Positions 39,193 to 54,765 of a stretch of DNA of 64,000 nt are shown piece by piece. This DNA comes from Octopus sinensis (taxonomy: Eukaryota). Position 1 is the stretch's first letter, and every line of letters starts with the position of its first letter. A program made the translations under genes and the position numbers. A model generated the notes under the pieces. It worked only from the letters and a program-made list of their open reading frames with translations, was not told the DNA's origin and made no database searches. Location: assembly GCF_006345805.1 (NCBI RefSeq), contig NC_042998.1, positions 167,462,001 to 167,526,000 on the forward strand. Direction: 5' to 3'.

Positions 39193-39261
39193 AAGTCGTA
39201 GATAATTAGGTGGAACCCTGACTCTTTTCGAGTCAGGGTTCCACCTAATTATCTGCGACTT
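39193..39261. repeat. 32 bp hairpin with 5 nt loop
   Basis: aagtcgtagataattaggtggaaccctgactc-ttttc-gagtcagggttccacctaattatctgcgactt. Confidence 0.9.
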
Positions 39262-40539
39262 AAGTATTTTTATCGTTTTACTTTTCTTTATTTATGTATA
39301 AATTTTTTATTTATCTTATATGTAGTTCATGAGCAATACGATCGACAGCGTACACAAGTAACAATTACTGCAAACATGTCAGACACTCCCATTAAGAAAA
39401 CGTGTGTTAAATGCATTTTCACTTACATCACATAAACACAGCAGAATGTCACTATATTCTCATCTGATCTAACTTCCAGTCAAAGAGATTCACTTTCTTC
39501 GCTGCATGATATCTCTGGCGTACACATGCGCGCAAAAACAAGGGAGCTCGCTTTCTTCGCTGCATGACACCTCTGACGTAGACATGCGCACAACAACAAG
39601 AGAGCTTTTAAGATACATATTCTTCTTGGACATGTCTCACGCTCCTACAATCCAGCTATTTAAGGAGGCAAGACTTTGTAACGAGCATCTTAGTGGAAAT
39701 TTGGGTTTAGGATCTGCATTTAGCACCAATATACTTTTCTTGGTAAATTTCACAAGCCAGTTTTACTTAAAAAGGCCGATTGGATCAAACGTGGAAACAT
39801 TAAGTGGATTAGTTCTGAGATTATGTGTATGTATAATTGTCCCACTCAGCCTAAATCACGATCCAACATAAAAGCCTGTACGTTGTCTCTCAACCTGTTA
39901 TATATAACAATTAAATCTGTTAAAGCACATTCTAATAACTTTAAAAGAGTCGCATTAAATAATATGAAACATGTGGCACTCCGCGTAGGAAAGGAGGTGA
40001 GTTGCTCTAAAGTGAAGGTAGCTGCGGTGGTAGCAAGAGTATGGATGAACCCAGACAAACAGATAGGTTTGCAACTTGGCACATGGAGAAGCAAAACCAT
40101 GTCGGTCAGTGTTTCTTAAGGACTAAAACTCTTGGTTAAGAGCTGGATTCTGGATATGCTGAACAGATCATGATAAATCTGATAGCCAGTAAGTTTCGAC
40201 TGAACAAGCACGTAGAAAGCGCCTCTGTCAATCTCCGCATATCTCGAACATTCGTACAAACTCAGCTTTCAGCATAGCTGTGTCTGAAGAATTTGGCCAG
40301 TACGATGCAAAGTCTTCTGCCTCGATAGCACTCTGAGGTCAAGAATTCTTGGAAAGGCAACACTTCGTCAACTAGCATCATGATATTGGATTCACATCAT
40401 ACTAATGAGTGCAGAAAAACATATTCCTTAATCTGAATAAATCTCTCTAGTTATCTCTACTGCAAAACACTACTGGATGTTTCTGCATGATTTTAAATTC
40501 TGGTGGAAAATATAGTTTGGTTTACTGCAAGCATATAAT

Positions 40540-40750
40540 CTTTTCTACTCTAGGCACAAGGCCCGAAATTTTTTTTGTGGAGGGAAGGGAATTGATTAAA
40601 TCGACCCCAATACGCAACTGGTACTTAATTTATCGATCTCGAAAAGTTGAAAGGCAAAGTCGACCTCGGCGGAATTTGAACTCAGAACGTAAAGACAGAC
40701 GAAATACTGCTAAGCCCGGCGGACTAACGCTTCTGTCTACTTGCCGCCTT
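40540..40750 (-). mobile_element. OK-like SINE
   Basis: Reverse copy of the family seen at 44448. Confidence 0.8.
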
Positions 40751-41142
40751 ACTGCAAGCATATAATAAACCACTAATTTTCTGAACAGCGCATAATATTA
40801 TCCTTCATTCAGTTTTAGAAAACATTTTTTTGAAAAGAGCTGAATAGTGGAACAAAAGGCAGTGATTCAAGTTTAATGTATTTTGCCTCTAATATTCACG
40901 GCTGCTTTCATTGGTTGCTTTATTTCATCTCATTTTATTTTCGTTTATTGGTTCTACCGTTATTCATCGTGTTTTACGGCCATCTCATCATGATTTATTT
41001 AGATCTCTTACTAATTTTTTATTATCATCTTTAACATACTATCTTAGTTATGAATGCATTTTTTACTGCATTAAAGCGATCTCGTTTTCTTCAAACCTTT
41101 TGACTAAGTGATTTCGAGTTAGCTAAAATGCAGGGAGAAGTA

Positions 41143-41351
41143 TATTGTATTTTCCAGCATACAAGTCGACATAGTATATAGTGTAAAAACGTTGTGTAAG
41201 CATTCAAACTTCGTTACTGTCTTTCCAAATCCTGATGTATTTCACATGAAATTTTTGGTCTTCCAAAATCAACTTGTATAAGTCGACCTACCTTCATTTG
41301 GCTGAAATTTTTGATCTGAGAAATTCGACTTGTACGCGAGAAAAGACAATA
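41143..41351. mobile_element. Old pogo/Tigger-type MITE
   Basis: Homologous in reverse to 31838-32041. Confidence 0.6.
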
Positions 41352-42725
41352 TCTGAAAGAAAAGTCTTTGAGTCACATCTAATCGTTCGACCGACACAGA
41401 CGATTTGGAGCTTGACAAAAACAACAATCAGACAAAATTATTGATCGATTTTTCAACATCTGAAAACATTACGATACAACTTTTGTTGTGCATCATTTCA
41501 GGGATTTTATTAGAGTTGATGATAGATATTCTTTCAAAGAACTGGCAGTTAGATCTTGTCATTACATATGTATTACAGACAAAAGGAAAACAGCTTATGT
41601 GAGTCGTCTGTTTCATTAAGTCTCGTACCTTTAGGCTGTTTTAAACTATACATGTGTTACATCTCAAACACAGCAGATATTAATGTTTAACAAGTGTTAG
41701 CTACATCAAACAAGTTTTAACTCTCCATGTCTTGTACCCACACACATTCACATTTCACTATAAAGCTTTCCACATATTTGGTACCCACGTTTCATGCCCT
41801 TTCTTTTTTTCTTTTTTCGGCGAAGGAACAGTGTCTTTCATTGGTAGGTCTGGTAGAAACATTGAAAGACAAACGGAGAAACTTTTGGTTTGTTACATAA
41901 TGAAATACATTCAACGAAGGCTAGATAAGATAGTTTAGAAAAAATATTTAAACAAATATGAAAATTAGAAAAAAATTTTAAAGGAAAAAAAACATACTCA
42001 AAAAATCTTTGTAATTATAAAATAAGTGAAGAAGAGAATAGCGAAGAAAGAAGGGAATCAACACATAGACAAATACAGAGAAACACAGGAGGAAAATAAC
42101 TTTTTTAAATAATGTAATGCTTAGTAAAAAAAAAATAATGGTTCTTAGATGTAAATATGTGTGATTGTGTAAGCGCGTGTGTGAATGCATATACATACAC
42201 GTGTGTGTATGTGTGTATGTGTGCGCGCATGGGTGTGTTAGTATATGTGCGTGTGTGTGTGTGTCCATATGTGTGTGTGCGTGTGTGAGCGTGCGTATTA
42301 AATGTATATAAAACAAGCCGCATGTATATATTAATTTTTTCACAGAGGCAAATCATTAATCTTTCCCAGCTGTGTGGATGTTAAATAATAACAAAAAATT
42401 ATAAATACTAAATATGTTAACAATATATCAACTAACTCGTATCCTCCGCATCTTTCTTCGCCTATCACAACACTTGCTCCACATTTCGTTTCTATTTTAT
42501 CTCTTTTATATATCGCAAGCATCTCTCTATCTCTGTAGCTATCACGTTCCCTCACTATCGTTCTTCTATGTTATTTGTAATGTCGACTAATTTATGACAA
42601 CAAAGTAACTTTAATTCAAAAATCTTTAGAAATGGAAAGTAAAGAAATTAACGGAAGGAAGAAGGACGGCAAAGAAGACAAAAAAACAGAAGACAGAGGA
42701 AAAGAAAGAAAGAAAGAAAGAAAGA

Positions 42726-42880
<155 letters not shown>

Positions 42881-42941
42881 AATTATGGCAATAAAGAAAT
42901 ATACTAGATAAGAGAAACAAATATAAAATAAAAGCAAGATA

Positions 42942-44305
<1,364 letters not shown>

Positions 44306-44349
44306 TTATAAAAAAATGAAAGAAAGGAAACGAGAAAGGGAGAAATAAT

Positions 44350-44830
44350 CCTTTCTATTACAGGCACGAGACCTGAAATTTGGAGGGAGGAGGCGAATCA
44401 ATTTCCTTGTCCCCGGTGCTCAACTGGTAGGTATTTTATCGCCCCCTAAAGCGGCGAGCTGGCAGAATCGTTAGCACGTCGGGCGAAATGCTTAGCTGTA
44501 TTTCGGCTGCCGTTACGTTGTGAGTTCAAATTCCGCCGAGGTCGACTTTGCCTTTCATCTTTTCGGGGTCGATAAATTAAGTACCAGTTAAACACTGGAG
44601 TCGATATAATTGACTTAATACCTATGTCTGTCCATGTTTGTTCCCTCTATGTTTAGCCCCTTGTGGGTAATAAAGAAATAGGTATTTTATCGCCCCCTTT
44701 AGAATGAAAGGAAAAGTCAACCTCGGCGGAATTTGAACTTAGAACTAACAAAAAAGAAAAAAAAAAACAGAGAGAAAGTCGAAAAAATGCTTTTGGGGAT
44801 TTATGTGCAGTGTGCTAATGAATCTGCCAT
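44350..44830. mobile_element. Nested OK-like SINEs
   Basis: Plus copy 44448-44678 with a 20 bp TSD taggtattttatcgccccct, inside a minus copy. Confidence 0.88.
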
Positions 44831-45758
44831 TTCACCGTTTTAAGAGAAAGGAAGAAATAATAGAAAGAAATATGAACGAATAATAGAAAGACTGATAAAA
44901 AAAAGAAAAGGCAGAAACAAAGAATAGCTTTTCGAAGCTTTGTGAAAATGTAAAGATATTTTATCCAGAAATTTCTAAAAGAAACTCTAGTTGTCTCGCT
45001 TTTTTCAGCGGCGAGTTGTGTTTATTGGCCTATTAGTTAGTCTGTCAACATCTCAGCGCATGAATCATTAGTTTGTATTTGTGTGTAAGTATAACGTTTC
45101 CAAATTAAGATGTCGTTTAAATTCATTCAAGTTAATTTAGATAGCAAGAATAACACAACTCGCTTTTAAAAGCGCATAATCCGAAGTCTCCCCGCCTCCA
45201 AGTGGTTTCACACATAGTTGTGATGCAGCAGTACAGGTGAGGAACACGATCTTACAACACCTGCAAAATCTCACCCGCCACCACCACCACCACCACCATC
45301 ACCACCAACAACAACAACAACAACTGGCATGCTTTCTTTTTTACCTCCATCTACAACTCCTGCAAGAATAACTATGTTTAAAAAGAAAATTAAAACAAAA
45401 CACCTGCATGCTGAATCACCTCTTATATATTACATCCCGTCCTTCTGGTTCTTCCACTAAGAGGATCTCTACTAACTTTACGCAATTCTCCTACTCACTG
45501 TAAACAATATTATCTTGTAAGCAGTACTCTCAGCTCCTACATTTTCTAGTTCAATTTGTTTTCAACTTCACAATGCGCACATTCAACAAAACTCCTTCAA
45601 AATTTCTATTCTATTAATCCGCCTCCACGTACGTACACGCCAAGTACGAAATCAACAAATCAACGAACGCATCCACCAAGCTTTAATGGCTTTCAAACAA
45701 TTCATTCTTCCATGATTTTCAAACAATGTGCTGAACAGTTCGCTCCTGTTAGCACCAT

Positions 45759-45839
<81 letters not shown>

Positions 45840-46009
45840 TACACACACACACTCTGAGTGCTGCAATTCCTTTCAGTATTTACAAAAATGCCATAGTCCA
45901 TTTATGTCCTATCACCGCCAAGAAAGATTTTGCCAAATATCGAACTCAAATTTTCTCATTAAACTTCCGAAATCTGACGGCATCTATATGCAATCTAGAC
46001 AGCCCATGT

Positions 46010-47130
46010 TAAACCTGCACTGCATGTAAGAACAGTGTCCTTATAAACATCCTCCAGTGAGAATATAATAACCATGTCGCTTTCAGCATAACAAGGTTGC
46101 ACCTCTCCCTCTCTAATCCTGAATAAAAAGCAGTTAAAGTCTGAACGTTACCACAGGTGCTAGATCTCACAATTTTTGGCAACCTAAATACATAGAATAT
46201 TTTTAAAAAATCCCAAAAGTAAGTCTTTTTCAGGCCCAGAAAATACATTAGTTTTGATTATTTGAAGACCCTTTACAAAACTTCAATAAAATTTAAAATG
46301 GAGAACTCTTCCCATTTTGGGCGTGGAGGTGGAGGCTAGTTACATATATAAATATCTTAGGCTGTATCTAAAAGCATATAACCTTACACAGCAATCTTTA
46401 ACCCAGAGAGGATCTCTTACCCCTGTCTCTTGTATCATTTGTATTATGGTCGCGGCCTCATCACCCCGCGACTCTACATTTCTTGATTCTTTTAGAGTGT
46501 TCCTTCACCAGACTCTATTTTATCCTGTTTTCGGTTTTGTCATTTTATGGTGTTAGCCTTCTGGAACTCCATCTCTATCTACGTTTTCCATGCAGATTTT
46601 CAACTTTATCGATCTCACTATTCTCAGAAATCTTGTTAAGATTACAGTTACAGCATCTTCAGGAAAATAGTTTTGCTCTAGTATTGAAAATTCTTTTGAG
46701 AGAAAAATTTGTAGATTGGTGTAATCAGAAATTTCAGCTACTGTCATAATAGATAATTGTATTTCTCTTTTCCTTTCTAGAATTACTCAGTACTTTAGGG
46801 TTAGCACTATACAAGAATGGTTCAGCCCACTCTTGAAGTTGCTAAATTATCGAACTTTCTATAAGACGCAAAGTCTTGAAATATCGAATATCATTGACAT
46901 CAGCTTCTAAAACTTTGGAAAACGTCTCTTCGCACTTCACCGTTCGTTGTTGACTGTTTTTTTATATATCTTTGTTAGCAACTATTGCTATACGTTCAGG
47001 AGACATAGGACTCATTTGCACTGAAAATTCAGTGTTTCTGAAGCCAGATACAGTTTGAGACAAAAAAGCATATGCTTTAACATCTCTGTCAAATTGATAT
47101 GAAATCATGTCGTTAACAACTTCACCGTTC
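46010..47130 (-). pseudogene. Decayed cadherin-like exons
   Basis: NGEVV...FDRD, KVLEADVND, KISENSEIDKV, NVDRDG, TRDRG followed by GTAAGA, and VIIFSLEDV; stops and frameshifts. Confidence 0.45.
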
Positions 47131-47177
47131 ATCTACCATGAGTCGATTAAATAAGTACCAGTCAAATACTAAGATTA

Positions 47178-47621
47178 CTGTAAATCCTCGAGTATAGCCC
47201 GCCCTTGAGTATAGTACGCAGGGGATTTTTAGGGTGCTGTACCTCTGAAAAACTTAAACCTTGTGTATAATACGCACCCCTTCTCTAATTTGAGTCAAGG
47301 AGGTCTATATAACGTCCTTGGTTTGCAAAAATGTATACGGTAACGTCCTTTATTATTAAACGTGTAGCTTTTTTGTGCATTTTGTTTGCAGAAAATAAAG
47401 AAATAAGAGTAATAACGTTTAACTGCAAGTTATGAATGATTTAAGGTATTTTCGCACCCGACATCACAAAATGCGTCTGAATAAGCATTGCCGGACAGCA
47501 AATAGAGACTCGGGCATGGCTTAGAAAATAATTTTCCTCTTTAACCTCGTATATAGTACGCACTAGGGATTTTGAACTTTAAATTTTGGAAAAAATGCGG
47601 ATTATACTCGAGGATTTACGG
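47178..47621. mobile_element. pogo/Tigger-type MITE
   Basis: TIR ctgtaaatcctcgagtata / tatactcgaggatttacgg; TA flanks; interrupts an OK-like SINE. Confidence 0.88.
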
Positions 47622-48354
47622 TAGTCGAATTGACTTATTCTTCCCTCAAAATGCATGACACTGTGCTAATGTAGGAAATTAATAGTCATGGTCTTCTGTT
47701 ACATAATCTTATTTCGATAATTTGTGACGAATTCATCAAGAAAACCTGAGACGTTGAAGTCATATATTTTTCTCACTGATCTGTTAATATACAATATATT
47801 AGGATAGACATACGAAATATTATGATAAAAGTCATATAAACACAATAATCTCTCCCCACTCCCACTCTTCCCTATACCCCCCCACACACACATATATACT
47901 TGACACATATACACACAGCAACATGCATACACCACGCACACACGCATACATAATTGATTCTTTTAACCAAATACCGGCTGAACAATCTATGTAATTTGAC
48001 ACACAATCTGTGTAATTTGACAGTGAAATGATAAACATTAAGAGCATTCCTGTGAAATGTTTGCATGTCGAAAAGTCATTATATAAGGAGTAAAGACCTG
48101 TCTTTCTTGATTTCGCTATTTAACATTTGAATACTTCCGCTACTAAACTCCAGCAGTTTATGCTTTTATGATATATACACATACATATTCATGCACATAA
48201 AGATACATGCATATACATACATACATACATACATACATACAAAGATACATACATACATGGATATATAAACATAACTGTACATATTTGAATGTATACGCTT
48301 ATGTATAATATATATATATATTATATATATATATATATGTATACGCTTATGTAT

Positions 48355-48391
<37 letters not shown>

Positions 48392-48431
48392 GTTTCAGGA
48401 TTATAGTCGAACATATTTCTATTTTTTGAAG

Positions 48432-48773
48432 TCTAGTATTTATTCGATCGGTCTCTTCTGGAGACCGTTATGTTACGGGGACATAAACACACCAACACTG
48501 ATTGTCAGGTAGAGATGGGAGACAGAAAGAGGCGCACACACAAGCACACACACACACACCACACACACACACACACACACACGCACACACACACACACCA
48601 CACACACACACACGACGTGCTTCTTTCAGTTTCCATCTACTATATCCACTCACAAAGCTCTGGACGGACCGAGGCAATAGTAGAAGAAACTTGCCCAAGG
48701 TACCACGCAGTAGGACTGAATACGAAACCATGTGGTAAGGAAGCAATATTCTTGCCATACAGCCACGCCTGCA

Positions 48774-48775
<2 letters not shown>
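48432..48775 (-). mobile_element. OR2-like SINE
   Basis: Diverged reverse copy. Confidence 0.8.
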
Positions 48776-48813
<38 letters not shown>

Positions 48814-48817
<4 letters not shown>

Positions 48818-49704
48818 GATATAGTGTATATTTATACACATAAAGAATCCACTTAAAGTGAATTCAGCACATTAGAAAGAACAGCTAGGTTCTGTAAACC
48901 ACAAAAATAACGGATAAAATTCGACAGGAATAAATTTGGAAATGAAAAACATTTACCATCTAGTACCCTGGACCAGTTGGTTTCTGATCATCTTTTAGCG
49001 AGTCAGGGGGAACACACAAGGGCTGATTTTCTTCAGCAAGGTCCAACCTAGGGTTAAACATATCCAACACGAGACAAACAAGGCTACTTGTCTCGTGTTC
49101 ATACGAACTAACTTTCCAAATTTTACTGCGCAGACGCAGTCCTTCGCTGGCTACAATGAAAAACCGCCAACTTTTAACCGAAAATTATCCAAAAACTTAC
49201 AGTATTTAATCATGTCAAAGGGAAATGGAATTTAATTAAAATTAAAACTTTCAATCAAAATTTACATTTCCAGTGGTCTAACGTGCAAAAAAAATTAGTC
49301 AAGAAGACTATATATTAGTCATACGATATAGCGTATATTTATACACATAAGGAATCCACTTAAAGTGAATTCAACACATTAGAAAGAACAGCTAGGTTCT
49401 GTAAACCATAAAAATAACGGAAAAAATTCGACAGGAATAAATTTGGAAATGAAAAACATTTACCATCTAGTACCCTGGACCAAATTGGTTTCTGATCATC
49501 TTTTAGCGAGTTTTGTGGTTTACAAAGCTGTTCTTTCTATGTTGAATTCACTTTAAGTGGATTCCTTATGTGTATAAATATACACTATATCGTATGACTA
49601 ATATATAGTGTTCTTGACTAATTTTTTTTGCACGTTGGACCACTGGAAATGTAAATTTTGATTGAATGTTTTAATTTTAATTAAATTCCATTTCCCTTGA
49701 CATG

Positions 49705-49708
<4 letters not shown>
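48814..49708 (-). mobile_element. Retrozyme/pLTR-like element (tandem plus inverted)
   Basis: Direct repeat 48814-49003 ~ 49321-49511 (period 507 bp); 49512-49708 is an inverse of ~49207-49412; (TA)n flanks. Confidence 0.8.
48965..49042 (-). ncRNA. Type I hammerhead ribozyme, extended stem II
   Basis: accttg-CTGAAGA-..atca...tgat..-GAAA-CCA-AC-TGG-TC-cagggt; GUC site. Confidence 0.65.
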
Positions 49709-49792
<84 letters not shown>

Positions 49793-49827
49793 GTAAATGT
49801 AATATGTGACAATTATTCGGTAACTAT

Positions 49828-49888
49828 GATAAAACTCCGAGTTTCGGATGCTGAGGTGGAAATCCCTGCCGCCATCTCTTCAGTTATC
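49828..49888 (-). ncRNA. Type I hammerhead ribozyme
   Basis: gataa-CTGAAGA-gatg...catcc-GAAA-CTC-G-GAG-TT-ttatc. Confidence 0.65.
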
Positions 49889-50059
49889 CGGCCATCGGAA
49901 AAATTTGGTATATAGACGAAATAGTTACGGCTGTTTTGCTTTTGATCAATTAAATAAGTTGCAATATATAGACCCATATTTGATAAATTAATAATATCCT
50001 TGGAAAAATATGTATACAAATGCAAATTCTCACTATGATGTGGCTGTGTGGTAAGAATG

Positions 50060-50430
50060 GGCTACAACAAAGAGAGAAGAACAGAGATTGGTAACGGCTC
50101 AAAGAGCCATGGAGAGGTCATTGCTAGGAATCTCGTTGAGAGAGCGCATCAGTAGCGAGGTCATCAGTGAGAAGTCCGGCGTGAGGGATGTCATCGTAGA
50201 ATATATACGCAGCAAGTTTAGATGGGCTGGACACGTCGCCTGGTTCACCGATAATCGGTGGACACGCGCAGTTGTCGAGTGGTACCCGCGCGAGCAGAAA
50301 CGACCACTCGGAAGGCCTCCACGACGGTGGAGTTATGATTTCAGGAGGACGATTTGGATCACGTGGATGAGGAAGGCGTGATCCAGAGATGAGTGGACAG
50401 CGTGTCAAATGGACGCCCGACGCACTGGTC
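50060..50430 (+). mobile_element. RTE LINE 3' fragment (second family)
   Basis: AQRAMERSLLGISL...KFRWAGHVA...RWT...WYPRE.KRPLGRPPRRW. Confidence 0.9.
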
Positions 50431-51908
50431 GGTCAATGTGATATATATATATATATAATATATATATATATATCCCAAAAATGGAACAAGAACGCAACAG
50501 ACGACAATAAGACATCCGGACAGAGAGACGATACAAAGACGGACAGGAAAAACAATAAACAGATGGACAGGAAAATACAAGGGAGGTTCATTCGCAGCCT
50601 TCTCTCATCAGTCAAGTGTCCAGATGATACTTACAGTTTTGGCCGATTACACTTGAGACTGTTCAAATCTGGCTGTCCCCAAAATCTAAGCTAAGAGCAT
50701 TATATATATATGTGTGTGTGTGTATGTGAGAGAGAGAGAGAGTGCATAGTAACTATACATGCATATATATATGTATATATACGCACTCACACATAAATGC
50801 TTTCATTTACGTAGACATACACATACACAAGTACGTACGTAACCTACCTACCCACCTACATACATACATACATACATACATACATACATACATACATACG
50901 TACATACATACATGTATATATATATATGTATATTTTAGTATAAACATCACTTGCACACATATACAAGCATACAATTGTGCTTGCACGTATGTATATGTAT
51001 GTGGATCCATATGGATGTGTGCGTGTGTACTTTTATATTTCATACACATATTTTGTTAATGGTTTTATGTATCAGTCAATGAAGAAAGGGCGGTACCTAT
51101 ATCTTTCTTTCTGGCCTCTCAGGCTGACAAGAAGAATGAAAGATGTTATACTCTCACTGGAGACCTTACTCAAATACTTGCAACAGCCGTGGATTCCCCA
51201 AACAAAAGCCGTTGGACGAGGTGGTGGTATTATATCTATTGAAATCAACCATTCCAAAATAAGGAATTTTACTTTTGAAGGGCATTCTGTCAACCAAGTT
51301 TATTTACAAAAGCTTTGGTCGACTCGAGGCCTTATTAGAATACTCTCGGCAGAATCATTAAAATGCTTACTCGTATTTCTTTTGAATTATTGCGTTCTGA
51401 GTCCAAATTCCGGTGAGTTCAACTTTGGCTTTCATCATTTTGGGGTCGATAAAATAAGTACCAGTCAAGTACTAAGATCGATATAATCGACTATAATTGT
51501 TGAAACCATTATTATGTGGTTTTGTTCCTCATATTAGAAAGGATATTAGAAAACATTTGAGTTGGGTCTGGAACGACATGCTTTTTCTCCCCTTTTTTTA
51601 CTTATTAAACTTCCTAATTATATGCAATGACATCCTACATCTATAAATGTATCTACATTTGTACACATACATATCACACGCAAACTGCCACCGACAGCCA
51701 CACACACACACACTATATATATATATATATATATAATATATAATATATAATATATATATATATATATGTATACATATATATATATACATATATATATGCA
51801 TATATACATATATGCCTATATGTATATATATATATGCATATATATATGTATATATGCATATATATATATATATACATATATGCATATATATATATATTAT
51901 ATATATAT

Positions 51909-51952
<44 letters not shown>

Positions 51953-52622
51953 CATATATGAGTCTTATGTATATGTTTGCGTAAGTATCAGCGTGCATGT
52001 CATCCACTAAAATTTACTCGGCAGGGAATATTACATCGCAAATATCGCAGTTTATGTTAAATGTTCAATTTCTCATCCATCTTAGTCTGACACCAACAAT
52101 GAAAAACGAAATTAAGCTTTTCCAGTGAAGGCTATCTATGTAAAATAATATTGTGTCTCTCTATCAGTTCACTAAACTATTTAACGACTATTTACAACTA
52201 TTCTAACCTCCATTTAGACAGTGAAATCGTTCACCAAATATTTCCTTTCATTGAACTTATCATTCTTCAATCCATCAATCTTTATATTTCCTTCACGTTC
52301 TAACTATATACATATATTTTTTCATTCTTTGAATAATTTTCATTACCCCCACCTCCTGTTTGCCTCCATTTGCAATTTATCTTCTGATTTTCCTAAATAC
52401 TCATGACCGTTTCAGAATTTACATATTCAAGTCAAATGCTATCCCTAAAACTCTCACTTGAAAGTCATACTCTTCCCCGGCATCATCCGAAATCTCGACA
52501 TAACATGTTTACTCTAATCTTAAATGTTACATATTTTAGTAATTTAAAACAGTTTTTTGGTCAAATTGCCATCAACTCTATACCGATTCTGACTACACAT
52601 CATATACACGGATGTATGTATG

Positions 52623-52653
<31 letters not shown>

Positions 52654-53002
52654 TTCTCATTTAAATAGAAGTTTTAAAATTATCTGTTACAAACTGCGTC
52701 AACTTGAACGGTTTTTATTCTAACATAAAATAAAATCTTCACTAAATGGAAAAGAACCCTGATATAGGATAATAGAGTTAGAGACAACAAATTTGCGACA
52801 GCCCTTCATTATAAATGTGTCTACTCAAGCTAACGAAGAAATTTCTGTGAGGCCGTTTGTTCTGGTGTAAATAGTAGCCAAACACCACTTATATCTTAGC
52901 TCAGCCAACTGTTTTTGTTGTTGTTGTTTTTTTTTTTGTTTTTTTTGTAGAAGGGCAAACAGTCACTTAATCGTTTAGTTCCAGATACAATACATCTGAC
53001 TA

Positions 53003-53386
53003 GTGGAGGCGCAATGACCCAGTGGTTAGGGCAGCGGACTCGCGGTCATAGGATCGCGGTTTCGATTCCCAGACCGGGCGTTGTGAGTGTTTATTGAGCG
53101 AAAACACCTAAAAGTTCCACGAGGCTCCGGCAGGGGATGGTGGTGATCCCTGCTGTACTCTTTCACCACAACTTTCTCTCACTCTTACTTCCTGTTTCTG
53201 TTGTACTGTATATCAAATGGCCGGCCTTGTCACTCTCTGTGTCATGCTGAATATCCCCGAGAACTATGTTAAGGGTACACGTGTCTGTGGAGTGCTCAGC
53301 CACTTACACGTTAATTTCACGAGCAGGCTGTTCCGTTGATTCGGATCAACCGGAACCCTCATCGTCGTAACCGACGGAGTGCTTCC
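53003..53386 (+). mobile_element. OR1-like SINE (head A + tail X) with TSD
   Basis: 11 bp TSD acatctgacta. Confidence 0.92.
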
Positions 53387-53987
53387 ACATCTGACTAAAA
53401 GACAAAATAGTTTCGGCTGTTTTGCTCTTGATCATAATTATTTTCGATAAGGGTTGAGATTAGATTGATGAACAACGACGATGAACATTGTGTATTCTGA
53501 ATATTTGCCTAACAGATTTTATCTGCATGTAAGAAGTTCCTCTCTCCTTCTTCTCCTCATCCTCCTCTCTCTCTCTCTTTCTGTTCGTCTTCTGTCTGTC
53601 TGTCTCTCTCTCTGAAAACTGACGATCGATGTAAAACAAAATAAAATAAAACCAAGGATGCCTTTTAAGCAATAAACTGCTTTCTCTATATAAGAAATGC
53701 CTAAATACGTAGAATGTTGAATTTATGTTGATTTTGTCTCAAGTTATACTGTGTTGATGATTCCAAATAAAGGATGAAATACTGCTGTGTATGGCTACCA
53801 ACAACAAGAAACTTTATGAGATTTATAATGTGTTGAGAAAAAAAATTTCTCTGTGCAATATATTTACTTTTAGATGTAAATTCCAAAATTTGAGTTCTGT
53901 CTCAACTAAACTTAATCTAGAAGAGATTGTCTCCTCTATAATAGTTAATCACTAGGGCACAACACACGTTCGAACATTCTATCTACT

Positions 53988-54387
53988 AAGGCTGCGAGCT
54001 GGAAGAAACGTTAGCTCGACGGGCGAAATGCGTAGCCGTATTTCGTCTGCCGTTACGTTCTGGTTCAAATTCCGTTGAGGTCGACTTTGCCTTTCATCCT
54101 TTCGGGGTCGATTAAATAAGTACCAGTTATGCACTGGGGTCGATATAATCGACTTAATCCGTTTGTCTGTCCTTGTTTGTCCTCTCTGTGTTTAGCCCCT
54201 TGCGGGTCGTAAAGAAATAGGTATTCCGTCTGTCTTAACGTTCTGATGTCAATTTCCGCCGAGGTCAACTTTACCTTTCATTCTTTGGAGATCGATAAAT
54301 TAAGTATCAGTTACGTACAGGAGTCGATTTAATCGACTGGCCCCCTCCCCGAAATTTTCGGGCCTTGTGCCTAGAGTAGAAAAGAAT
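53988..54387 (+). mobile_element. Dimeric OK-like SINE
   Basis: Two tandem monomers inside one 12 bp TSD attctatctact. Confidence 0.88.
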
Positions 54388-54765
54388 ATTCTATCTACTT
54401 CCAGTTAATCAACAAATGTACCACTTTTTGAAATCAGCATCTGTTAGAAGCAATTATCACTGTCAGAATAGTCACATTTTCGTTAGTTTTAATTTTAATT
54501 CTATGCTTTTTACATAAATCAAATTTCATACAAACAGTCAGCCCCACCCACATCATTATACGCTTTCTTCAGTTGTATGTAATCCTCAAATACGGGAACA
54601 TCAGATTATGAAGTTCAAAGATATTGGCTGGTTTCTTAAATGGCCACTCAAATACTTTTTTTTCTTATTTGGTTGTCATTATGGGCCCTAGGACTTCTAA
54701 GACCAGCTATCTGTTTCCCATGGTGTATAAGCGACCGAGATGACAACACTCTCTCTTAACGGGAC

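Noticed and set aside
39490-39608. CRISPR-like repeat-spacer array
   Set aside because: Only two copies, the 'spacers' are homologous, the context is eukaryotic and there are no cas genes.
50585-50660. CTGATGA on the minus strand in a repeat
   Set aside because: Could not build consistent stems.
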